DNA of 64,000 nucleotides. It comes from Eledone cirrhosa (lineage: Eukaryota). Position 1 is the stretch's first letter; every line of letters starts with the position of its first letter. The translations under genes were made by a program, and so were the position numbers. Location of the stretch: contig OZ024741.1 in assembly GCA_964016885.1 (NCBI GenBank), forward strand, positions 273,668,001-273,732,000, written 5' to 3'. Below are positions 50,740 through 61,520 of the stretch, piece by piece. The notes beneath the pieces were generated by a model. The model ran no database searches. It was given only the letters and a program-made list of their open reading frames with translations, and was not told where the DNA came from.

Positions 50740-51326
50740 CACAGCTACTGAGCAGCCCCGAGCAACGCCGGGTTTTACTGCTATAGGCGATAAAGTTGTG
50801 CAGACAGACAGTCGTGCAGAGAGGTGATATAGGCGATAAAGTTGTGCAGACAGACAGTCGAGCTGATAGACGATGGAGGCATGCAGACAGACAGTCGTGC
50901 AGAGAGGTGATATAAGCGATAAGGTTGTGCAGACAGACAGTCGTGCAGAGAGGTAGGCGATAAAATTACATTTTTTTTTTTGTTTTTCATGTCCATCAAA
51001 TTTCTTTGTTCCAAATAACCGATAGTTTGGTTACGCTGATGTTTTTCTCTGAGACAAGTGTTGCAGTGTTTACAATTTCGATTTTTGTTAATAGATTACC
51101 AGTGCGGTTTTTATCCCCAGCATCCTTTTTGTCTTAACATTTGAGTTATGGTTATGTTTTCTTAACTTCATAAGGCATACTGTTGGTTGAGGGAATATTA
51201 ATCAAAAGTACCACATGAAAGTCTACACTGTAGACTCTACAGTTTTTAAGCCAAGAAAGGAACTTAACATTGTAACTTTAACACAGCGACTGAGCAGCTC
51301 CGAGCAACACCGGGCTTTACTGCTAG
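50739..51326 (+). mobile_element. Non-autonomous Helitron-like sequence with two 3' ends and an internal 46-bp minisatellite
   Basis: acacagc..ctgagcagc.CCGAGCAAC.CCGGG...tactgCTA(G) at 50739-50784 and 51280-51326 (subterminal hairpin + CTAG|T); ataggcgataaagttgtgcagacagacagtcgtgcagagaggtgat repeats at 50783-50963. Confidence 0.6.
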
Positions 51327-51395
51327 TATGTTATATAATAATTAGTATAACCGAAGTTGCAGTTTCACTATAGAAGATGTCAATCGAATTATGAG

Positions 51396-51463
<68 letters not shown>

Positions 51464-52060
51464 CTCCCGTGTCTTACAATTAACTTGTTAATAATTTCTA
51501 TTGACAGGTTAATTGTATAAGTTTATTTTAAACTACTCGGTTGAGAACTTATTCGATTTGTGCTATTTATGCTATTTTTCGCATGATTTACACCAACTGA
51601 ATTACTTTGCCAAAATCTGGAGTTATTCCCCTTGTGATTTCCACACGTGGTTTAACTTACCACTGTGTCATTCACTTATTTGGTACAGAGCGAAATACCT
51701 GTTGATAACGTGATATTCCTTGTTCGATCGTTATACACAAAGCTTATATATTTAGGCAGACTGTATTTTGATTTAGGTGTCACAGAAACTCTACATCGGA
51801 TTTTAACAGCAATTCCGGGAGTCCAGGTCTGGTTATCACTTATTTTTTTATCATTTATTTTGTTTTGACCTGTTTAGCCTGATTTGGTTTTTGGCTTGGG
51901 TGGTTAATGCTTTCTTGACCACCTTTTTCAGTTTTGTCTGGCTTCTTAACACATTGTTTAGCTCTGGTTTTTAAATATTGAACACTTTGCCAGTATCATT
52001 TCTGATTTTTGCGTTTCACTTCGCTTTTCCTGCCCGCCGAAAATGCGATTCTCGCTGAAT

Positions 52061-52105
<45 letters not shown>

Positions 52106-52276
52106 CAGAGTTCTTGCATGATAATTGAGTCGTTAGGGCGACATAGTGAAATACATTTCTTGGGTAGTTTTAAACCTGGTGGGGTAAAATCCCTCTCCAC
52201 CTAATATCTCCAGAGAAGGAGAGATGGTGATAGGCAGAATGTATCACTCCAGTAATGGACACAGCTAGAGCATAAA

Positions 52277-52278
<2 letters not shown>

Positions 52279-52308
<30 letters not shown>

Positions 52309-52545
52309 CTTCTTCTTCTTCTTTGCCCACCTATTCCCACGGGGTTCGTGGAGGTAGACTCATCAAGTACTCCTTCCAGAGGGTTCTGTCAAAACCATCA
52401 AATTCCAAATGATCCGGTTAGATCCCCAAGTGAGACGAGGCAACCCCATGAATGATATCCAACCATCTTGCTCGTCATCTACGCCTGGGTCTCCCGCCTG
52501 TTGGATTTGCCCGCAAAATATATCCAGCAATTCTTTCTTAAGACA
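52279..52545 (-). mobile_element. RTE LINE 3' end with (AAG)n tail
   Basis: Minus strand reads PTGGRPRRR*RARWLDII; homologous to 48607-48830; (CTT)n at 52279-52322. Confidence 0.7.
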
Positions 52546-52574
52546 TAATATTAATATGAAACAATAATTGAGTT

Positions 52575-52906
52575 ATGACCCTTTACGCTCTGAGTTCAAA
52601 GCCCGTCGAGGTTAGCTTTGCCTTTCATCCTTAAGGGATCGATAAAATAAAGTACCAGTAACGCACTGGGGTCGAACTAATTGACTTTTCCCCCTCCAAA
52701 AATTGTGCCTAAATCAGAAACCTGAATTGGCAGTATCGGTAGAGAGTTGGACCTCATGCTTTCCAGCATAATTACGTCCCTTTACGGTCTGAGTTCAAAT
52801 CCCGTCGAGGTTAATTTTTGCTTTTCATCCTTACGGGATCGATAAAATAAAGTACCAGTAATGCACTGGAATAATTGCTGGCCTTGTGCCAAAAGTAGAA
52901 ACAGTT
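52575..52906 (+). mobile_element. Two tandem Nin/Deu SINEs
   Basis: Cores gcctttcatcctt...gatcgataaa at about 52620 and about 52820. Confidence 0.85.
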
Positions 52907-53280
52907 ATTAATTTAATTATTACATTTATACTGTAAATGTGACTCAATTCAACATAAGGTAGAGCTTGATACTCAATAAAATGAAAAAGAAAGTTTTTAT
53001 TATTTCTATGCAGCCTGGTACCAAATGCACCACGGCCCGGTACAGATCAGTGGGCCCTGTGTTTGGAGTCGACTGACTTATATAATGTTGCTATAGCAAT
53101 ATTCCACGGTACAAGGAATCATAAGAGTAGTTATGAGGACGCAATAATGTCTGAAATGCATAAGAACAATCTTAATATATGTAGTAATAAACACAATTTA
53201 CTATGTTTATTTTTTATTTATTTATTTATTTTTTTAAAACACTTTAGTCTTTATTGTGTTGTATTATTACTACATATATT

Positions 53281-53466
53281 GGCGGTGGATTGGCAGTATT
53301 GGTAGAGGGTCGGACGCCATGCTTTGCCGCATAGAGTTACGGCCCTTGCCATTCTGAGTTCAAATCCCGCCGAGGTTAACTTTGCCTTTCATCCTTACGG
53401 GGTCGATAAAATAAAGTACCAGTAATACACTGGGTATTTGCTGGCCTTGTGCCTAACGTAGAAACA
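53281..53466 (+). mobile_element. Full-length Nin/Deu SINE, 18-bp TSD
   Basis: ATTATTACTACATATATT at 53263-53280 and 53467-53484. Confidence 0.92.
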
Positions 53467-53732
53467 ATTATTACTACATATATTATATTATGCTCAGTAT
53501 TTATACTTTGAGCTTGTTAATTACAGGGTTGTTAATTACAAGAGTATCTAGATCTGCCTTTTATGTGAATAAGAATAATCTTATATATTTTCTGTGTAGG
53601 AAGGAATGGTTGTAAGAGTTTACACTTTACACGTCATTCTTTTCTCAGCTTAAGTTTTTAATTAAGAACTTGGTAGGTATATCTACCTTAAGTTTACCGT
53701 AAATCATCAAATATACGGTGTAATGTAGCATA

Positions 53733-53782
<50 letters not shown>

Positions 53783-53874
53783 GCCTACACACCACGCTCA
53801 AAAATACATTATATATGTATGTATATATATATATATATACACACACATGCCTACACTTACACTCACGCATATAT

Positions 53875-53905
<31 letters not shown>

Positions 53906-54436
53906 GCTCACACACTTCTATATATATAATATTTATATAACTATTTATCTTATTCTTTTTACACATTATTTCCAGTTAAATTTTCTCACCTTCTAAATCT
54001 TTACCCTTCAACCTACCCTTGATTACACCCTTTCCCCCTCACTCACCCCTATCTCGCCCTCTCTGCCCCTCTCTCTCTTCTGTTAGTCAGTTAGTCCCAC
54101 CCCTTATCATGCTATTCCCTTGTTTCTTTCACTTCCTTAATATCTATTTAAAAACTGCTTTCACATTTTTCTCTCATTTTTCACCGACCAACGGACCTGT
54201 TCCCACTGTTACCATTCCACACATGAACAGGGGCAACGAATCCACGACCTATATTTTCACAAACAGGCTATTAATGAAATACTGAGCTGCTTACTTGGTA
54301 GTGGCGTGTTCATTTCCTTGGAGAACTGGGAGCAGACCTTGCTTTATGTATTTTTTCTATTTTATCCGTCGGGGTCATGAGGGAGCATGCGCCTGGGCTT
54401 CTCCAGCATTGTCCAGACATATATCATACCATCCCT

Positions 54437-54487
<51 letters not shown>

Positions 54488-54568
54488 ATTGGTTATGCAC
54501 GAGTGCATTAAGGTTTTCCAGGACACAGTGTTATGTACCGTGTAGGGGAAGGTCAGCTTATATATATA

Positions 54569-54759
54569 TAATTGTTTCTACTTTTGGTAAAAGGCCAGCA
54601 ATTACCCAGTGAATTACTGGTACTTTATTTTATCGATCCCGTAAGGATGAAAGGCAAAGTTAACCTCGGCGGGATTTGAACTGAGAATGACAAGGGCCGT
54701 AACTCTATGCGTCAAAGCATGGCCTCCGACCCTCTACCGATACTGCCAATCCATTGCCC
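54569..54759 (-). mobile_element. Full-length Nin/Deu SINE
   Basis: Reverse complement of the 53281-53466 consensus. Confidence 0.9.
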
Positions 54760-54846
54760 TGTATAATGTTTAATTTTGGCACAAAGGCAGCAATTCTTGT
54801 GGAGGGAAAGTAAATTACATTAACCCAGCAGTATCTTATTTTATTT

Positions 54847-55170
54847 CTAAAGGCGAGCGAGGCAATGCCCCCCGGAGCAGATACAAACTATGCAGTGTGG
54901 AAATGCCTCAATAGACTAAGATCTGGTGTTGATCGTTCAAAAGTCAATCTGGCAAAATGGGAATATTTAAAGGATGGGGATATTGTGTGTGACTGCGACA
55001 TCGAACCACAGACTACGCAACACCTGATATGCCCCTAGCTGGAACACTCCTGCACAGCTTTGGACTTGGCAGAGTTTAATGAGAAAGGACAGCAATGTGT
55101 TCAGCTGTGGCGGAACCACATCTAGCCAAACTCTGTAACTGACACTCTTGTTGACAAGATAAGAAGAATT
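54847..55170 (+). mobile_element. Vingi/Ingi-like LINE 3' end (CCHC zinc knuckle)
   Basis: PPGADTNYAVWKCLNRLRSGVDRSKVNLAKWEY...CDCDIEPQTTQHLICP; ends near aagaagaa. Confidence 0.75.
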
Positions 55171-55352
55171 TTATTTTATAGGCCTTACGCGTCTGGAACA
55201 ACGCGTTAAGCTTCCAGAAACCAGGTTCCTCTGTACGGCCTTGCAGATAACAACTTGTAGCCGTGGACACCCTACACTATCCATATCTGTTAACCTAATG
55301 AAGAACCTATCTAGTTTTAGTTCTGTAGAAGAATCTCTATGCTAAATTTCGT

Positions 55353-55394
<42 letters not shown>

Positions 55395-55578
55395 TTAGAA
55401 CCCTGTAACCATTAAGCTCTAAGTATAAAGTACAAATAAATACTGATCCGATTAACAATATATAGTAAGAAACACAGTAAACCGTGTGTCTAAAATTACA
55501 AGGGTTGAAAAACCACATATGCTTGAAATATTTAACCAAGAAACAGACAGCAAATAGTGTTTGTGACATTTAATTGCA

Positions 55579-55660
55579 ATCTCTCGCTGATGAAGCCCAG
55601 GATTATCTATTACAAACACACTCAGGGCGAAACAGATTAGGGATAATCTGTCCGAGAGAT
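55579..55660 (+). ncRNA. Canonical type I hammerhead ribozyme, copy 1
   Basis: ATCTCTCG-CTGATGA-A-GCCC...GGGC-GAAA-CAGATTA-ggga-TAATCTG-TC-CGAGAGAT; all three stems perfect; GUC cleavage after C55652. Confidence 0.95.
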
Positions 55661-56050
55661 ATAATGGTTATTGAGGCGGTTTGTATTATGATAATATATT
55701 TTTGTTTTCATTTTGTCATCCTGTCTGTTTCTTGGTTAAATATTTCAAGCATATGTGGTTTTTCAACCCTTGTAATTTTAGACACACGGTTTACTGTGTT
55801 TCTTACTATATATTGTTAATCGGCTCAGTATTTATTTGTACTTTATACTTAGAGCTTAATGGTTACAGGGTTCTAATTCATATATATATTTCGGCTCTCT
55901 TACAGGATGAGCTATTAAGTTGTGCGTGTTGGACTGTTATTTCTGTTCAATACGCGCTTACCACGTTTGACTGGCGGCGCACGAGGTGATAAATTCATCT
56001 TTCTGTGTGAACGTTGGCAAATAGTGTTTGTGACATTTAATTGCAATCCA

Positions 56051-56132
56051 ATCTCTCGCTGATGAAGCCCAGGATTATCTGTTACAAACACACTCAGGGC
56101 GAAACAGATTAGGGATAATCTGTCCGAGAGAT
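56051..56132 (+). ncRNA. Canonical type I hammerhead ribozyme, copy 2
   Basis: Same fold; GUC cleavage after C56124. Confidence 0.95.
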
Positions 56133-56278
56133 ATACTGGTTATTGAGGCGGTTTGTATTATGATAATATATTTTTGTTTTCATTTTGTCATCCTGTCTGT
56201 TTCTTGGTTAAATATTTCAAGCATATGCGGTTTTTCAACCCTTGTAATTTTAGACACACGGTTTACTGTGTTTCTTAC

Positions 56279-56311
<33 letters not shown>

Positions 56312-56383
56312 AAGAAAAAGAGATGAAATCGAAAATGCAACTGGAGTCTTATTTAAAAAAAATATATATATATTTATTTGGTT

Positions 56384-56421
56384 CCTTTACCGGTTTCGCA
56401 GTTCTTCTGCTTTTCAAAAGG
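56384..56421 (-). ncRNA. Minimal HHR, U3-A8 core variant (left arm)
   Basis: Reverse complement of 56500-56537. Confidence 0.75.
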
Positions 56422-56499
56422 TGAGTTGAGATGGAGGGTCTGTGGTTTTTCTCACATCTCCAGATGTGAGAAAAACCACAGACCCTCCATCTCAACTCA

Positions 56500-56537
56500 C
56501 CTTTTGAAAAGCAGAAGAACTGCGAAACCGGTAAAGG
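56500..56537 (+). ncRNA. Minimal HHR, U3-A8 core variant (right arm)
   Basis: CCTT-TTGAAAA-GCAG-aagaa-CTGC-GAAA-CCGG-TA-AAGG. Confidence 0.75.
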
Positions 56538-56674
56538 AACCAAATAAATATATATATATTTTTTTAAAATAAGACTCCAGTTGCATTTTCGATTTCATCT
56601 CTTTTTCTTTATACTTTCACTCGTGTAGGACACCTCGGTTATTTTTCATTTTGTAAAAAAAACCTCACTTTCTA

Positions 56675-56756
<82 letters not shown>

Positions 56757-56759
<3 letters not shown>

Positions 56760-57015
56760 GGAGTTTTATTGTAGTACAATAAAGCAATGCAGATATCGGA
56801 TAAGAAGCACTCTACAGTTTGTAGGACTGGAGTATACATAATATATAAGATCAAAAGATAGTTAAAAGAGTTCCATGTATTTTATTATGCGCATTTCAAA
56901 TGCAAATATCATCATGCAATAACATTTGTGTTTTCATCATATTGCATGATGATATTTGTTTTTGAAATGCGCATAATAAAATACATGGAACTCTTTTAAC
57001 CATCTTTTGATCTTT

Positions 57016-57022
<7 letters not shown>
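56757..57022. mobile_element. Inverted footprint, family P2, with a near-complete HHR on the minus arm
   Basis: Minus arm reads TGATGA-AAACACAAATGTTATT-gcat-GATGATATTTGCATTT-GAAA-TGCGCA-TA-ataaaata; plus arm 56940-57022; tail 56757-56838. Confidence 0.8.
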
Positions 57023-57080
<58 letters not shown>

Positions 57081-57093
57081 GTATATATATATA

Positions 57094-57179
<86 letters not shown>

Positions 57180-57196
57180 TTATATATATATATATG

Positions 57197-57344
<148 letters not shown>

Positions 57345-57536
57345 GTAAAGAGGAGTGGGCGAAGTTAGATAGACACAGAGAGAGACACATAGTTAGATCG
57401 ATAGGTAGATAGATAGAAGAGAGAGAGGGGATAAGATGGAGAGAGAGAAAGAGAGACAGACAGATAAAGCGAGAGAAAGAGAGAGAGAGAAAAAGGTGAT
57501 AGAGGCGGAGAGAGAGAGAGAGAACCAGACATACAA

Positions 57537-57580
<44 letters not shown>

Positions 57581-58069
57581 GGGGGACGAAAGAAAATATT
57601 ATTTATATTCACATTAGGCAAAGAGGGTTTGAAAGGAGTGTTAGGGTATCAGAAATGGGTGACGGTCTCGATGACACCCTAGATATTTTTTAACGGGGGT
57701 GGGTAGGGTAACCTTTATTATATTGGTGGTAATGGCGTGGATGGAAGAGAAAGAAAGAGAGAGAGAGGTAACCTTCGTTATGTGGGTGTTAATATTGCGG
57801 GGTAGCGGCGGCGGCGGCAGGTTGATTGCAAGGTAATTGTTTACCGATGATTCTTGTCGGGTGCCATCATAGATGGGGTGGAAACGTTAACAAAAGATTA
57901 CTAAAATACCCGAATCACGTAAGGCGGAATCTGGCTTTCAAGAAGTCATATATAAACATTAAAATGGAATTATAGAAGAGAGCATAGCGTTCGAGTAACC
58001 TCGGGTGGCTGGGTAAAGGTTGGGTGTGCAGGGGTGGCATGTATGAGAAGATGTGTTACCATTAATCTG

Positions 58070-58459
58070 TGGTGTGTGTGTGGCTGTCTGTGTGTTATGT
58101 GTGTTTGTGAGTCTGTGCGTGTGTGTGTATCTGTGTGAGTATGTTTATATGTATGTGTGTTTGTGAGTCTGTGCGCGTATGTTCGCTTCTGTATGTGTAT
58201 ATGTATGTGTTTGTGAGTCTGTGCGCGTGTGTGTGCATCTATGAGTATGTTTATATGTATGTGTTGTGCCTGTGTGTGTCTCTGTGAGTGTGTATGTATG
58301 TGTGTTTGCGAGCCTGTGTGTGTGTGTGTGTGTTCATGAGTCTGTGCGTGTCTGTTTGCCTCTGTATGTGTATATGTATGTGTTTTTTGTGAGTCTCTGC
58401 GTGTGTGGTTTGTGCCTGTGTGGGTGTGAGTGTGTATGTGTGTTTGTGAGTCTGTGCGC

Positions 58460-58493
<34 letters not shown>

Positions 58494-59620
58494 ATGTATG
58501 TTTGTGAGTCTGTGTGCGTATGTGTGCTTGTGTGTCTGTGTGAGTATGTTTATATGTATGTGTGTTTGTGAGTCTGTGTGCGTATGTGTGTGTGCCTGTG
58601 TGTGTCTCTGTGAGTGTGTATGTGTGTTTGTTTGCGAGCCTGTGCGTGTGTCTGTGTGTGCCTGTGTGAGTATATATATATGTATGTGTGTTTGTGAGTC
58701 TTTGTGTGGGGGTGTGAGTGTGTATGTGTGTTAGTCAGTATGTGCATGTGTGTGACTATGTGTATATTGTTATGTGTTTGTGAGTCTGTGCGTGTGTGTG
58801 GTGTGTGTGCCTGTGTGGGGTGTGAGTGTGTATGTGTGTTTGCGAGTCTGTGCGTGTGTGTGTGTGTGCGTATGTCTGTTTGAGTGTGTGTTAATGTGTG
58901 AGTATGTGAATGTGTGAGTGTATATGCCTGCCTGTGTGTGTGTGCCTGTTTGTCTGTGTGTGTGCATGTGCCTACATGTATATATGTGTATATACAGTGT
59001 ATATGAGTGTGTATATGAGTGTGTATGTGTATATGTATGTGTATGAGTGAATCTATGTGTGTTTGTGTTTTTGTATGTGTATGTTTGTAGGTGAATCTGT
59101 GTGTGTGTGAGTGTGTTTGCATGAATTTGCGTGTGACTGTGTGTGAATGTGTGTGTATGTGTGTATGTATGTGTGTCAGTGTGTATATGTGTGCATGTGT
59201 GTGTCTGTGTTTGTATGTGTGTGTATGTGCATGTATGTGTGTGTGAGTGTGTGTGTATGTGTATGTGTGTGAGTGTGAGTATATGTGTGTATGTGCATGT
59301 GTGTGTATGTATGTGTGTGTATGTGCATGTATGTGTGTGAGTGTGTGTATGTGCGTGTATGTATGTATATGTGTGTATGTGTGTATGTGTGTGAGTGTGT
59401 GTGTATATGTGTGTATGTGTGTGTGAGTGTGTATGTATGTGTGTGTATGTGCATGTATGTGTGAGTATGTGTTATGTGTGTATATGTGTGTGAGTGTGTG
59501 TGAGTGTTGTGTGTATGTGCTGTGTGTAAGTGCTGCATGTGTGAGGTGTATGTGCGTGTATGTGCTGTAGCGTGTGTGCGTGTGTGTATGATGTGTGTGT
59601 GTGTATATGTGAGTGTGTCT
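58070..59620. repeat. Degenerate (TG)n-rich satellite
   Basis: Recurrent tgtgtttgtgagtctgtg blocks. Confidence 0.9.
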
Positions 59621-59852
59621 GAAACTGGTAAATATATTATTAATGGGATCAAAGAGAGCCAGATAGAGGGAGACTTAGACTGACAGGCTGAGAGATGGAC
59701 AAAGACATGTAGACAGATACATGTACATATACTGTATATATACTGTATATATACTGTATATATACTGTATATATACTGTATATACTGTATATACTGTATA
59801 TTATATATACTGTATATATATATACAGTATATATATATATATATATATAAAA

Positions 59853-59921
<69 letters not shown>

Positions 59922-59982
59922 ATATATGTGTGTGTGTGTGTGTGTGAGAGAGACGGAGAGAGAGACAGAGATGGAGAAAGAA

Positions 59983-60021
<39 letters not shown>

Positions 60022-60032
60022 TGGAGAAAGAA

Positions 60033-60089
<57 letters not shown>

Positions 60090-60132
60090 TTGATAAATAA
60101 ATAAACAGGCAAAACAACCATAGATAGACTGG

Positions 60133-60192
<60 letters not shown>

Positions 60193-60746
60193 CAGACAGG
60201 CAGACAGGTAGATAGATGATTTTAAAATATTTAATGAAATAATAAGAAAACAAAAACAAAACAATGATACATTAAAGTTGAGAGTAAGAGTGAAGTGTCG
60301 TAGTTCGTTAGTGTTAATTAAAGGAGATATACCGTTACCATGTAGAGTGCAAGAACATAAACGACTTCTGGCATTGTAAATGTGATTTATGATATGTATT
60401 TATTACAATTAACATAGGCAGGTTTTCACAGATATCTGAAACGGATCAAATTTAAAACACTTCACACATATTAAGGCAGTCTTATCCTCCTGTCTGTTTG
60501 TTACTTCGCCATTTTAAATCTACTTCACATAAATATAATATACACGTACATTATATCTGTTGGAATGGGGATGTTAAAAGGGAATTGAACCTGTAAAATC
60601 TAATACAATTACGTCATATACTCTTCCTAGAGTGACCGTCCTCATATACGTAACTCCTCCCATTGTCCATCTGATTATATTTCTGTTTGTCTGTTTGCCC
60701 CTCTTGTCCCTCTCTCTTTCACTCCCTTCTCTCTTACTCTCTCTCT

Positions 60747-60834
<88 letters not shown>

Positions 60835-60853
60835 TATAGTTTTAATATAGATG

Positions 60854-60904
60854 AGATTCTACAGGACTAGAACTGTTTCATTCTTTAGAAATCATCAGGA
60901 ATCT
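60854..60904 (-). ncRNA. Type I HHR, family P4
   Basis: AGATTC-CTGATGA-TTTC-taaa-GAAT-GAAA-CAG-ttctagtc-CTG-TA-GAATCT. Confidence 0.8.
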
Positions 60905-60914
60905 GATTCCTGGT

Positions 60915-60963
60915 GATTTCTGATGATTTCTAAAGAATGAAACAGTTCTAGTCCTGTAGAATC
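60915..60963 (+). ncRNA. Type I HHR, family P4 (preceded by a 10-nt core duplication)
   Basis: GATTT-CTGATGA-TTTC-taaa-GAAT-GAAA-CAG-ttctagtc-CTG-TA-GAATC. Confidence 0.75.
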
Positions 60964-61049
60964 TCATCTATATAAAACTTTTATACACACTAACACACGC
61001 AACAAATATTTATATAGATAAATTGATAGACAGACAGATAAATAGATAG

Positions 61050-61082
<33 letters not shown>

Positions 61083-61139
61083 GTATAAAGAGAGAGAGAG
61101 AGCGAGGGGGGGGGGGGTAGATAGATAGATAACTGATAC

Positions 61140-61520
61140 AAGTTGTTGGGGTGCCACTATGGACGTTTTCGCAGTTACCACTGTTCCCCGCCCTTTGTCA
61201 CACACAGAAAGTACGCAGTGTTGTAACCCGTCCAGTCCTTCATGTTGTCGGACCTGGATTTCCTGTGCCTCCATGCCCTTCTTCAACTATGTTCTAGGGA
61301 ATAGTTCTAGATATGGAATTATGGCGGAATATGTGACCAAGCTTTCATCTTTTTTTTTTTTTTTCGTTGCAAAGAACGGTTTCTGTCTACCCGTATACAA
61401 AGCTGTGTCTACCCGTATACAAAGCTGTTTGTCTTGTGTTCAGTGTATCGGATGTGGAACAACCTTCGGAAGTATTTATGCTCAAACGTCTGCATACGCC
61501 GTTCCACTGTAACAGTCCAG
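61140..61520 (-). mobile_element. RTE LINE C-terminal fragment
   Basis: WTVTVERRMQTFEHKYFRRLFHIRYTEHKTN...KLGHIFRH. Confidence 0.75.

Larger units (their letters stand above)
55391..56286. mobile_element. Non-coding tandem-hammerhead element (retrozyme-like) with an inverted 160-bp arm, in (TA)n
   Basis: Direct repeats start at 55551 and 56018; 55391-55550 is the reverse complement of 55721-55880; no protein-like ORF. Confidence 0.85.
56308..56678. mobile_element. Palindromic footprint, family P6
   Basis: 152-bp arms 56308-56459 / 56462-56613 (one mismatch), 2-nt spacer, tail 56614-56678, (TA)n flanks. Confidence 0.9.
60839..60979. mobile_element. Inverted footprint, family P4, two back-to-back HHRs
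   Basis: Arms about 60839-60898 / 60920-60979. Confidence 0.85.

Noticed and set aside
51470-52060. Possible decayed minus-strand coding fragment between (TA)n tracts
   Set aside because: Multiple stops and no motif I recognise; a BLASTX search is needed.
56349-56572. Near-identical 64-aa ORFs on both strands
   Set aside because: An artefact of the 152-bp palindrome.
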